Shown here piece after piece: positions 1-9,757 of a DNA stretch of 64,000 bases. The stretch lies in NCBI GenBank assembly GCA_963844715.1, contig CAWJPJ010000007.1, positions 1,280,001-1,344,000 on the forward strand. Reading direction: 5' to 3'. Under the pieces are notes generated by a model that saw only the letters and a list, made by a program, of their open reading frames with translations, ran no database searches and had not been told where the DNA came from. Origin of the DNA: an uncultured Phycisphaerales bacterium. Its GTDB lineage: Bacteria; Planctomycetota; Phycisphaerae; Tepidisphaerales; Tepidisphaeraceae. Every line of letters begins with the position of its first letter. The first letter of the stretch is position 1. The translations under genes were made by a program, and so were the position numbers.

Positions 1-288
1 GGTTGTGGATGCGAAACACTCTTCACATCGGGGGAAGAATGGGCTAAATTTGACCCAGCTAAGCGTATCTCTACATCCGACTGGGTTGCTGGGAAGTATC
101 GCAAGCATCGTGCCGATAACTTTTTTGGCGATTCGAAAATGTTGCCTTCGAGCCATTACTCTTGTATTTCAAGTCCTTTAGGAAATGTCATCGATGAATA
201 AAAGAACGGGCGGCGGGGATATTTAACTACGACAATGTGGCACTGGTCGGCCAAAAAAGTGCGACGGAATTGGCGAAGGCAGGTGTAT

Positions 289-1206
289 GTGAGGATTCTG
301 GTAACCGGCGGCGCGGGCTTCATAGGGTCGAATCTGGCCCGGCATCTGAACGGCACTCATGAAGTCGTGGTCGCGGATGATTTCTCATCGGCGCATTGGA
401 TGAATCTCAAGGATTTCCGCGGCGACATGATCACCGTCAATGTGGCGGGGGACATTTCGCCGCTGCGTGCGATCGAGCCGTGCGCGGTGATTTTTCACCA
501 GGCTTCGATCACGGATACGACCGTGACCGATCAGCACAAGATGACGCATAACAACGTCGAGGGGTTTCGGAACATATTGAATCTGGCCAGGGATTGGAAC
601 AGCCAGGTGGTCTGGGCGAGCAGCGCGAGCATTTACGGGCAGGGCCCGGCTCCGATGAAGGAATCGGCGCCGCCGCAGCCGCTGAATGTGTATGCATATT
701 CGAAGCTGGCGATGGAGCATCTTGCCGATCTTTACCGGCAGAAGCTGAAGAACCCGGTAGTGGGGTTGCGATATTTTAATGTGTACGGGCCGGGAGAGGA
801 TCACAAGGGGAAATTCGCCAGCATGATTCATCAATTGGCCAAGCAGATGCGCGCCGGAAAGCGGCCGCGGATTTTCACGGCAGGAGAGCAGCGGCGGGAT
901 TTTGTGCATGTGGACGATTGCGTGCAGGCGAATATCAACGCGCTGCACAGCAAACGCGGGGGGATATTCAACGTGGGGTGTGGGGCGGCGTATACGTTCA
1001 ATCAGGTGGTCGCGGAACTCAATCGCGTGCTGAACACGAATCTTGAGCCGGATTATTTCGAGAATCCTTACGGGTTCACCCAGGATTGGACGGAGGCGGA
1101 TTTAACAGAAAGCCGGCGAATGCTGGGGTACGAACCGCAATATACCCTTGCCAAGGGGATGGACGCGTATTTTGCGTCGGGGAAATTGGGAATAGCCGGG
1201 GGGTAA
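289..1206 (+). CDS. NAD-dependent epimerase, ADP-L-glycero-D-manno-heptose 6-epimerase (HldD/RfaD)-like
   Basis: GTG start at 289; ILVTGGAGFIGS Rossmann motif, YAYSK catalytic motif, GLRYFNVYGPGEDHKG typical of HldD. Confidence 0.8.
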   Translation: MRILVTGGAGFIGSNLARHLNGTHEVVVADDFSSAHWMNLKDFRGDMITVNVAGDISPLRAIEPCAVIFHQASITDTTVTDQHKMTHNNVEGFRNILNLARDWNSQVVWASSASIYGQGPAPMKESAPPQPLNVYAYSKLAMEHLADLYRQKLKNPVVGLRYFNVYGPGEDHKGKFASMIHQLAKQMRAGKRPRIFTAGEQRRDFVHVDDCVQANINALHSKRGGIFNVGCGAAYTFNQVVAELNRVLNTNLEPDYFENPYGFTQDWTEADLTESRRMLGYEPQYTLAKGMDAYFASGKLGIAGG

Positions 1207-1248
1207 TTAAGTGGCCGGGGGTGGGGATGCGATATAGAATACGGGCGT

Positions 1249-1377
1249 GCGGAAGCCCGAAACCCGAAACCAGAATGACGAATCAAACCCGAATGACTGA
1301 ATGACCAAATGGGAGAAACGTTATTCGCTCATTCGGGCATTCGGGCTTGATTCGGGTTTCTGGTTTCGGGTTTCCGC
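1249..1377. repeat. Imperfect inverted repeat built from short CCCGAA/GAATGAC units
   Basis: GCGGAAGCCCGAAACCCGAAACCAGAATGACGAATCAAACCCGAATG... mirrored by ...CATTCGGGCTTGATTCGGGTTTCTGGTTTCGGGTTTCCGC. Confidence 0.75.
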
Positions 1378-1450
1378 CAGGTTCTTTCACAAGTTGACCA
1401 CTGTGCCTTCAACCCCGATGCGCTCGAGCAATCGAGTTCGTATCACAAAC

Positions 1451-1832
1451 GGGGGCGACTGGTTTCGACCGGACGGCTGCGGTGGCGGTGGCATGCCCAG
1501 GACGCTCACTTGGCCTGGTTAATCACGTGAGCAAAATCACAACTGCCAACAGCGATGTTGCAGGCCGGGTCGGCTTCACGGCCGCTCCGGTTCGTATGGC
1601 TGCCTAATTAAAGGCAACCTCAGTCCTTCGAGTAGCCCGTGACTCGTAGGCTGCAATTTTCGGGCTGGCGCGACGACTCGGCCGTTGGTCGTCGCGTGAG
1701 ATTCAGACGGCTTGATGCCGGGAAAGGATGTCGACTTTCGTTTTCGGCGTCGAGATTAAACAATCGACTAAGCATGTAGAGGCCGACATTGTCAGACATC
1801 CCGGGACGGGGGTTCGATTCCCCCCGCCTCCA
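1451..1832 (+). ncRNA. ssrA: tmRNA; tag peptide ANSDVAGRVGFTAAPVRMAA* at 1545-1607
   Basis: 5' GGGGGCGACTGGTTTCGAC; 3' T-arm and acceptor GGGGTTCGATTCCCCCCGCCTCCA; AACT|GCC resume context; tag ends in AA-stop. Confidence 0.95.
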
Positions 1833-1852
1833 ATTTTGCCGAAGGCAAAATT

Positions 1853-1943
1853 AGAGCAGTGGAGCAGTAGAACAGTAGAGGAAAAAAATGCTCGACGTAG
1901 ATCGTCTCCACTGCGGTCTACTGCTCTACTGTTCTCCTGCTCT
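1853..1943. repeat. Inverted repeat of 8-nt units (AGAGCAGT/GGAGCAGT/AGAACAGT vs CTCCACTG/CTCTACTG/TTCTCCTG)
   Basis: Directly visible after the AATTTTGCC-GAA-GGCAAAATT hairpin (1832-1852) that follows tmRNA. Confidence 0.7.
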
Positions 1944-2206
1944 TATTCCGATTCATTCCTTCACGTCTCCAGGGTTTTCGGAGAATGCGGCCGAAAATCG
2001 CGGAATCTGATACCCCCGGGCGCCTCCTCCCCGCCCATCGATACCGCATCATTGGTGCATAACGCTGCCATCCCAATCGTTGTTCTCGGCGATTGAGTCC
2101 CATCTATCGGGCCTGCCGCGGCAGATGGATTTTGTCGCTTTTGGCCACGTCGGTTAGATTCGACAGGCGACGCAATTGTTTCCGCGAAGCACGCACGCGA
2201 TGGAGC

Positions 2207-3809
2207 ATGCGATTGAATGATCCAACCCAAATGACCGAGGTGGCGGCGGCTTGCACGCACAATTCGCTCCGGCGGAAACTTGTCGCGACCGCGGTTTTTC
2301 TTTTGGCGTTTGCGGCGGTGGTAATGCGGACTCCGAAGCCGGATTATGTCCTTTCCGATCCGGACGCGGGCATTCAGTTCGCTGGAGCAGGGCAAATTGA
2401 ATTCGGGGAGCATCCGTTCATTGACTTCCGCAGCACGTATGGGCCGTTGACCTTTTACGCTTCCTTCGTGGCCCAGCGCATCGGCGGGGGTACGATTGCG
2501 GCGGAACTCCTTCTGTGCGCGCTGGCCTATTCGGTGGCATTCCTGCTGCTATTCTTCTGTGCCAGGGAGATGGGCGGGACGCTTATCGGGTTGATATGCA
2601 CCGCGCTGGCGCTGGCGATATTGCCGCGATTTTACAAATACTACATTTTTCTAGGCGCGGCGTTGGTCATGGCGTCCCTGCTCGGTTACATCCGCCGGCC
2701 GGGGAGGGGACGGCTGGCGCTCCTGGCCGGGACGACCGCCATTGCGGGACTGTATCGGCCCGAACAGGGGATGTACGCATTCGTCAGCGGCGTCACCGCA
2801 ATTCTGATCGTCGAGCGCTCGGCGCGGCGGGCCCTGGTGGAGTTCCCGGCGATGATCGTGGCGGTTGCGTCTCCATGGCTGATATTTCTGGTTGCGCGGC
2901 GGGTTGAAGAATTACTTGTTGGATTCATCGGTAGGCGCGGCCCATCACGCCGTGGGCCTTTCGTTGCCATTTCCGCACCTGGATTTTTCAAAACCGTTCT
3001 ACGAGGCGATGAATATTTTTGCACTGGCGTACCTGGTCTGGGGATCGGTGCCCGTCGTTGCGCTGTTGGTTCTACTGGTCCGTTGGAAGCGGATGCAGCG
3101 GCCTATGCGCTGGAGCGTGCTGATCTTGACTATGTACGCGGCTCTGAGTTTATTGCAATCAGCCCACAGGTCCGACTGCGAGCACTTGATGCAGGCCGTC
3201 GCACCGGGTTACGTGCTGGTTGCGTTTATAGCCGGTGCGGTTGCCAGGTCGCGCCTGGGCCTGATATCGCGCGGGATGGGTTTGGCGGCGCTGGCCGGGG
3301 CGATGGGAATTTGCCTTTGGGCCCCGGTGGCAGAGGGGACGGTGCGTCGGTTCAACAGTGAGGTCGTGCATGACTACACGTTTTTTTACGCGCATCCCCC
3401 GGCGGTTTTTGTAAGCCGGCTGCGTGTTGCCGAGCCGGGCCTGCCTTATTTCGGGGCGATTGATTTCATCGACGAGCACACGGCCAAAGGACAGAGCTTT
3501 CTGGCGGTCCCCTATATGACGATGTTGTACTACCTGACCGGGCGACCATTCGCGGGGGGACAAATGATGTTCGCGCCGGGCTATTTTTCGGACGAGGCGG
3601 ATCAGCGGGCGATGACGCAGACGCTTGCCCGGCAGGGGAATCCGCCGATCATCGAGGTCAGCAATGGGGGCGGCTACGACGGAATCCCGGCGCGCCAAAC
3701 GCGGGTGTTCGCCGCGGAGTTCTACAAATATGTCGATTCGCAATACCGGGAAGTGTCCGGACCCCCGTTGCCGGCGGGGATGGACGCATACTTGAGTGCG
3801 GGGCGATGA
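2207..3809 (+). CDS. Multi-pass membrane protein, possibly GT-C-type glycosyltransferase-like (frameshift ~2897)
   Basis: ORFs 2093-3361 and 2892-3809 join; many hydrophobic segments; DxG...P+xDFxxxYGP N-terminal loop. Confidence 0.5.
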
Positions 3810-3894
3810 TGGAGCATCGAAAGTTTCCAGCCCGGGATGACGGTTCAAAAGCGATCTTTTTTTGAATCCACCGTTCTCCCGCTCTTATTCCGAT

Positions 3895-4305
3895 TCATTC
3901 AGCCACATTTTGTGCAGCCTTCGGAAAATGCTCGGCCAGGAGTTTTCCGGCTTTTTCGACGGCGTGGATCAGGGCATCCGTGTAGCGCGATTCCTTCAGG
4001 TGAGCCGCCATTTCATCCCGCAGAATATTCCAGAAGTCCGGGCCGACGCGGGCGTGGATGGCGGCGTCGCCGTAGACGGCGAAGGTCTGGGATTTAGGGG
4101 CGACAAAGATGAGGACGACGTTGCGATGGGGATGTTTGTGAAGTTTTAGGGATTTGAAATATTTTTCGGCGGCCGCGAGGGCGTCGGGCTCGGCGCGCTT
4201 GGAAATGCGCACGTGAATCAGCGCGGTGGTCTTTTCCTCGGCGGCGAGAATCGCGGCGCGGACGCGGGATTTGTCGAGGGAGCTGATGAAATGGGAGTGT
4301 TTCAT
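3895..4305 (-). CDS. TPM domain-containing protein
   Basis: AILAAEEKT...RNVVLIFVAP...GDAAIHARVGPDFW; in operon with LemA. Confidence 0.8.
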   Translation of the reverse strand: MKHSHFISSLDKSRVRAAILAAEEKTTALIHVRISKRAEPDALAAAEKYFKSLKLHKHPHRNVVLIFVAPKSQTFAVYGDAAIHARVGPDFWNILRDEMAAHLKESRYTDALIHAVEKAGKLLAEHFPKAAQNVAE

Positions 4306-4309
4306 GGGA

Positions 4310-5131
4310 TTACCAACTGCCTCCCGCGCCGCCGCCGCCGCCCATTCCGCCGCCGCCGCTGAACCCGCCCCCGCCGCCGAATCCGCCGCCTCCAAAACCG
4401 CCGCCGCCGAATCCGCCTCCCCAGCCGCCGAAGTAGCCGTAGGAGCGGCGGTTTCCGTAATAGGACCTGCCGTTGAATATGTTGGTCATTCGGAGCATGA
4501 ACTGGAGAAATGCGAACAGGATGATGAAGAGGATGATCCAGCCGATGGAGGCGCCGCCGCTGCCGTTGTTGGAGTTGCTGTCATTGACGGTGCTGCCGTT
4601 GCCTTTGTACTCGCCGCGTGTGGCGGCGAGGATGGCATTGATTCCGTCGCGGAGGCCGCCGGTGTAATCGCCGGTTTTAAATTTGGGCGTGATCTGCTCA
4701 TCGATGATTTGTTTGCAGGTGGCGTCGGGAAGAGCGCCTTCAAGGCCGTAATTGACCTGTATGAATAGCTGATGGTCCTGGATGAACACGAAGAGGACGG
4801 CGCCATTATTTTTTCCTTTTTGCCCGATGCGCCAGGAGTCCGCGATTCGGAAGGTGTAATCGGCGATGTCGGAGTCGGTCTGCATCTTGGGATAAATCGC
4901 GACGAGGATCTGGTTGGAGGTATCGCGCTCGAATTGCTCGAGCTGCCGATTGAATTGATCGGCGTCACGGGGGGAAACGACGTTGGCGTAGTCGTTGAAA
5001 TAATGGTCGGGGACGGGCGGGATGACCTCGGCGGCGCGCGACGGCACGACAACGAAGAGGACGAGCAGGGGCAGGAGCAGGCCCGCGATCATGCCGTGCC
5101 ACCGAGGATGGACAGGGGCGGCGGCGGTCAT
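4310..5131 (-). CDS. TPM domain protein (YgcG family) with Gly-rich C-terminus
   Basis: NDYANV...GALPDA...PKFKTGDY; C-terminal GGGFSGGGGMGGGGGAGGSW. Confidence 0.9.
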   Translation of the reverse strand: MTAAAPVHPRWHGMIAGLLLPLLVLFVVVPSRAAEVIPPVPDHYFNDYANVVSPRDADQFNRQLEQFERDTSNQILVAIYPKMQTDSDIADYTFRIADSWRIGQKGKNNGAVLFVFIQDHQLFIQVNYGLEGALPDATCKQIIDEQITPKFKTGDYTGGLRDGINAILAATRGEYKGNGSTVNDSNSNNGSGGASIGWIILFIILFAFLQFMLRMTNIFNGRSYYGNRRSYGYFGGWGGGFGGGGFGGGGFGGGGGFSGGGGMGGGGGAGGSW

Positions 5132-5730
5132 TTATTGCTGAAATCGAAATTGACGGTGGGGGCGGTGGCCGCGCCGGGGGCAGCGGCGAAGTAGGGCTTG
5201 TCAGCAAAGCCGAACATTGACGCGGTGATCGAAGATGGGAAGGAATGGACGGCTGTGTCGTAGGCCTGGACGTCGTCGTTGAAGCGGCCGCGCTCGACGG
5301 AAATCCGGTTTTCCGTTCCTTCGAGCTGGGCCTGCAATTCACGGAAATTTTCGCTGGATTTGAGGTCGGGATAAGCCTCGGCGACGACCATCAAATGGGA
5401 TAGCGCCCCGGAAAGCTGGTCCTGGGAAGCCTGGAATTGCTGGAGCGTGGCGGCGTCGGCGGGGGCGTGGGAGGCGTCGATAGTGACTCGGCCGACGGAG
5501 GCGCGGGCGTCCGTGACGGCTTCAAGGGTGGATTTTTCAAAATTGGCCGAGCCCTGGACGGTTTGAACCAGATTGGGAATCAGATCGGCTCGCCGCTGGT
5601 AAACGTTCTGAACCTGCGCCCATTGGCTGTTCACCTGCTGGTTAAGACCGACGAGGTGATTGTAGGAGGCGATAAAACTCAACGCAGCGAGGACAATGAT
5701 GCCAACGATGATTAGGACGGTCTTTTTCAT
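5128..5730 (-). CDS. lemA: LemA family protein
   Basis: YQRRADLIPNLV, EAYPDLKS, LEGTENRISVER motifs. Confidence 0.93.
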   Translation of the reverse strand: MKKTVLIIVGIIVLAALSFIASYNHLVGLNQQVNSQWAQVQNVYQRRADLIPNLVQTVQGSANFEKSTLEAVTDARASVGRVTIDASHAPADAATLQQFQASQDQLSGALSHLMVVAEAYPDLKSSENFRELQAQLEGTENRISVERGRFNDDVQAYDTAVHSFPSSITASMFGFADKPYFAAAPGAATAPTVNFDFSNK

Positions 5731-5857
5731 TCGAGAGCTCCTTGCAATGGAATATCCCTCCGAGACCGGCCGCCAACCGGTGTTTTGCGAATGCAATTGT
5801 ACGAGTCGTTAAATGGAAATGCTAAAATCGCGGTTAGTAAGCCGTTGCGTGCGCGCT

Positions 5858-6103
5858 TTAAAGCTCCGGGGTTCTGGTTCGTTTTTGTAGCTTGGGGAGC
5901 CTCTTACCGCATTCCGGGCATTGATCCGGGATTCCGCGGAGATCGTAACCACATCGGCGGCAGCGACCGGCGATTTGTCTGGCACGCCTGAGTTGCTTCC
6001 CTCGCTTCGTGCGCCAGGATTGGAACCCGGCGATAGCAAGGAAAACGATCAGCAGGAGGAAGAAAGGCCACTCCTGCTGCGGGAATGAGCGCAAATCGAA
6101 CAT
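5858..6103 (-). CDS. Small membrane protein with C-terminal CxxCGYDLR...CPECG zinc ribbon
   Basis: TM segment followed by CRRCGYDLRGIPDQCPECG. Confidence 0.7.
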   Translation of the reverse strand: MFDLRSFPQQEWPFFLLLIVFLAIAGFQSWRTKRGKQLRRARQIAGRCRRCGYDLRGIPDQCPECGKRLPKLQKRTRTPEL

Positions 6104-6468
6104 TGAGCCGGTCCGTCTAATGGGTAATGATCAAGCGGCAAGATAGTTACGCCATTCTTGTCGATTACGATTTTGAATTGGTTGATCCGGACTTTGGTTC
6201 CTTTTTCGTTTTGGAGGATGGCCGATGTCGGCCGAACCGGCGAGGCGACGCTTCGCGATGCCGATTCGTTCGCAGGCAAAAACGGGGCGTGACCTTGACG
6301 CGGACTTCCCATGAGAATGCGAACTCTTCACTCCCAGTTTTTTTGGCTGGTCAGAGGTCGCCATCGAAGATGGAGAGACTCGCCGCCACGTTGCGAACAA
6401 CGCCTGATAAGAATCTGACGGAAACAGAATCAATAGACGCGGTGGGGTTGAACTAAAAACGGTCACAA

Positions 6469-6511
6469 AAAAGAGGTACGTCCCCTTTATTAAAGGGGAC
6501 GTACCTCTTTT
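6469..6511. repeat. Perfect 21-bp inverted repeat (possible terminator or REP-like hairpin)
   Basis: AAAAGAGGTACGTCCCCTTTA-T-TAAAGGGGACGTACCTCTTTT. Confidence 0.85.
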
Positions 6512-6578
6512 CTCGATTGTTGAGCGAAAGAGGGAATGGGAAAATTGGCTCGCTTGCTGATTTGGGAACGGGAATTAA

Positions 6579-7298
6579 TCAGTCGGCGGTTGCGGGCACT
6601 TCCGCGAGGCGGTCGGCTCTTTCTTTTAGCTCTTTGACCCATGCTTGCGCGAGTTTCGGAACGGCGGCCAAACTTAGGGTCAGGTCAAGATCTTTTTTGT
6701 GGTGGTGAAGGATTTGATTGGCTCGAGCCACGGGCCAATCGGGGTTGGGGCGGTCTAAAAGCAAAATGCGCATGCCTTTTTCTATTTTGCCTTCCTCGAT
6801 GACGCGGAGATACCAGCCTGTGCGGCCGTTGGCGATGACCATCGGCACCAGTTCGTTCATGCGCCAGCGGCGGGCGAGTTTCCAGCAGGGTTGTCTTGGC
6901 TGGGAGACTTCAAAGACGACGGGGCCGATGGAGAAGATGTCGCCAATGTACATCGATTGTTCGCTGTAGCCGGAGATGGTGAGGTTTTCTCCGAAGGCGC
7001 CGTGGGGGAAATCGGGGTTGTTAAGCTGGCGGCGCCAGTCGGGGTAGTGATCGGCACTATAGGCGAGGACTGCTTTGTCGATGCCGCCGTGATGTTTCAG
7101 ATCGGCCTGACCATCGCCGATGAGATTGATTTTGCTTACGAAGACGGGGCCGATGACAGGGTTTTTGAAGAAGCCGCTGGTCCAGGGCTTATCGTGGGTT
7201 TCTATGGCGAATTCGTCTCTATAGCTCTGGGGTTTGCCGACCTGAATGGATTGGAGATATGCAAACCCCATCCGTGCCTCGTTTCCTCGCTCCGCCAT
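6579..7298 (-). CDS. MOSC domain protein (YiiM-like)
   Basis: GDGQADLKHHGG, GAFGENLT, QPRQPCWKL, RTGWYLRV. Confidence 0.92.
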   Translation of the reverse strand: MAERGNEARMGFAYLQSIQVGKPQSYRDEFAIETHDKPWTSGFFKNPVIGPVFVSKINLIGDGQADLKHHGGIDKAVLAYSADHYPDWRRQLNNPDFPHGAFGENLTISGYSEQSMYIGDIFSIGPVVFEVSQPRQPCWKLARRWRMNELVPMVIANGRTGWYLRVIEEGKIEKGMRILLLDRPNPDWPVARANQILHHHKKDLDLTLSLAAVPKLAQAWVKELKERADRLAEVPATAD

Positions 7299-7355
7299 TT
7301 TACCATACCGCGCCGGCGGCGGGTCTCCATTTGCCGCCGGCGCGGATACAACCCA

Positions 7356-8891
7356 TTAGGCCACGGCCGGCTCGGCATCGCCAGGCATTTCCGGGGCGGG
7401 GCTCGACGAGGGGGTCGACGGCCCCATCGCGGTTTCTTCCAGAACTTTTCGGATTTCAGCGATCTCCGAATGGCTTCGGCTTCGGATGAGAATCAGGATG
7501 ATACCGATCACGAGATAGCCGCCGAAGATATAGGGCTGCACATTCGCCGGGAAGGGCGGGACCGGATAGACCAGCCCGACGATCGGGACGATGAGCAGGA
7601 CTTCAGCCATGACGCATACGGCGATGTGCCAGGCTTTGAGTTCGCCGATTTTCTTAAGATAGAAGGGGGCGGCCAGCGAGATCAGAACGTACGCGCCGCT
7701 GAAGCCCATCGCGCCGAACAAGCCTGCGGCGTTGAAGGCATCGAAGGGGATGCAGATCCCATCCGCCTGCCAGCCGCCGGCGTAGGCGATCAACATGAAG
7801 ATCGAGGGGATGATGAACTGAATCAGGGCGAATACAGTTAGGGCAACGTGGGGGGTGAGATTGTGCTTGTGGCTGCTGCCGACAGAGATCGGGAAGATTC
7901 CGTAGCGGGCCATGCTGAAGGCAATTCGCGACCCGGCATTGAGACACGACATCGCCAGGGCAAAGAAGCTGGTCATGGCTCCGACTTCAATGACCACACC
8001 CATCCATTTCATGCCTAGGTTTTCGCTGAGCGTGGTCAGCGGAGCGGTGAGCTGGTCGAGAGTGGGATTGTTGTTGGCCAGGGCATGGGTTTCGACGTAG
8101 GTGATGAAGATGAAGAACGCTCCGGTGACGATAAGGCTGGCGATGACAGCGCGGGGGATGGTGACGAGGGGCTTCTTGGATTCCTCGCCGAAGGCGGTTG
8201 CACATTCGAAGCCGACGAGACTGAAGATGGCGACCACGACGCCAAGACCGATGTCGCCAAGGCCGTGACCCTGCGTGGGGTGGAGCTGAGCGGTGTCGAT
8301 GGCGCCCGTCTTGGCGACGGCCACGATAGCCAGGATCATGATGACCGTGACGGAAACACCTTCGAAGATCAGCATTAGAACCGTCGAAAAGGTGATGTCC
8401 TTATAGGCCAAAAACCAAGAAAAGAAGACGCAGACCGCGAACAATGTAATCCAGGGGTGCGACAGCCAACCCGTAGCGCCGGCCTGGGTGAGGAGCATCG
8501 AGGCGAAGTGGGTGAAGCCGGTGACGCCGGCGATGCCGATGAACATATAGGCGAAGAGCAGGCACCAGCCGGAGATACCGCCGAACTTGGGGCCCAGCCC
8601 TTTGACGGTGTATTCGTACATGCTTCCAGCGGAGGTGTATCGCTTGGCGAACTGGTTGAGGCTGATCGCCACAAACAGGAGCATGATGGTGCCGAAGAGA
8701 TAGCAGAGCCAGCCGGCAGTGCCGGCGGTTCCGAACATCAGGGGCACGATCAGCGCCGCCGTCATACTTGGGGATATGAGTGCGATCGCTTGCGCGGACA
8801 CTTCCCAGAAGTTCAGCGCATTATGCTTGAGTTTGGTATGCGTATTCTTGACAGTTTCGGCATACGCGCCGGGAACAGGTGCATTGCTCAT
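7356..8891 (-). CDS. APC family amino-acid/amine permease
   Basis: About 12 TM segments; SAGSMYEY and GFECATAFGEE motifs. Confidence 0.9.
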   Translation of the reverse strand: MSNAPVPGAYAETVKNTHTKLKHNALNFWEVSAQAIALISPSMTAALIVPLMFGTAGTAGWLCYLFGTIMLLFVAISLNQFAKRYTSAGSMYEYTVKGLGPKFGGISGWCLLFAYMFIGIAGVTGFTHFASMLLTQAGATGWLSHPWITLFAVCVFFSWFLAYKDITFSTVLMLIFEGVSVTVIMILAIVAVAKTGAIDTAQLHPTQGHGLGDIGLGVVVAIFSLVGFECATAFGEESKKPLVTIPRAVIASLIVTGAFFIFITYVETHALANNNPTLDQLTAPLTTLSENLGMKWMGVVIEVGAMTSFFALAMSCLNAGSRIAFSMARYGIFPISVGSSHKHNLTPHVALTVFALIQFIIPSIFMLIAYAGGWQADGICIPFDAFNAAGLFGAMGFSGAYVLISLAAPFYLKKIGELKAWHIAVCVMAEVLLIVPIVGLVYPVPPFPANVQPYIFGGYLVIGIILILIRSRSHSEIAEIRKVLEETAMGPSTPSSSPAPEMPGDAEPAVA

Positions 8892-9033
8892 GACAAAACT
8901 CCTAAAAACCTCACAATTCCCGTCCGGGCCATGCGCGGTAACGCACCGACACCCTTGGCCCAGACCGGGTCTCCTATTCCGCCAGCCTTAGTTTGCGGTT
9001 TCCTCTCAGCGGCCGAGTTATGCGCTCCGACGC

Positions 9034-9662
9034 TTACCCGGCGTATTGTTCGACACCGACGCCGGCAAGCTCAGTTCCTCGATTGAGCGTGACGGGGATG
9101 GGGCAGGCGACCAGGAAAATCCTGGCGTCTTTGCCATCCAATGCGTCGAGTCGATGTGGCAAGCGCGAGTCAAAATGCGCCGAGTCGCCTGGTTCCAGCA
9201 CATGCTGCTCGCCACCTATGACGAGCTTGAGGCGACCGGATAAGACATGGAGCCATTCTTCCCCATCATGTTGGTAGGTTTCCGCGCCGGGACGATCGGC
9301 AGGGACCGTTACGGCAATGGGATGGAGATTGAAGGGCTTGGTTGAGCCAGAAAGCGGTTGAAAGATCAGTCCGTTTGCGTGTTCGATGGGAAGGCTTCCG
9401 CCGCGAATGATCATGCAGAGGGCGGTTTCATCGGGGCATCGAAGAGAGCCCCGACGGAGACGCTGAACGCCCCGGCGATAGCGGCCAAAGCGGCGATAGA
9501 AGGTTGGCGGTCACCACCCTCCAATCGGCTTAAGTAGGCTTTGGAAAGGCCGGTATGCTCGGCCAACTCTTCCAGGGTCCACTCCCGCGATTCCCGCATC
9601 GCGTGGATGCGGCTGCCTAGGGATAGCGTAATCGTGTCGGCGTGGTCGTGAATTGTTGCCAT
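9034..9662 (-). CDS. XRE-family HTH regulator with C-terminal cupin (frameshift ~9435)
   Basis: TLEELAEHTGLSKAYLSRLE HTH in 9411-9662; HDGEEWLHVLSG...GDSAHFDSRLPH cupin in 9034-9414. Confidence 0.85.
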
Positions 9663-9757
9663 TCCGGTTGCAAAAAGTAAGACATAGTTGCCTTGGTGTC
9701 AACTAAAAAATGAAAAGAAAGGAAAAAGTTGTCGGTATGGCATTTTATGGGGTGCCG

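Noticed and set aside
1..201. Open frame at the window start ending at TAA 199-201
   Set aside because: Could be a gene 3' end, but it is too short and featureless to call.
1805..1832. tmRNA (or tRNA-Ser) 3' end as an integration site for an island or prophage
   Set aside because: No integrase and no duplicated 3' end were seen in the window.
1301..2096. Short ORFs around 1301-2096
   Set aside because: They overlap tmRNA and the palindromic repeats and are spurious.
4315..4435. CCGCCG tandem repeats
   Set aside because: They encode the Gly-rich tail of the TPM protein and are not an independent repeat element.
8892..9033. Possible riboswitch upstream of the APC permease
   Set aside because: GC-rich and potentially structured, but I could not match guanidine, glycine, lysine or SAM consensus motifs.
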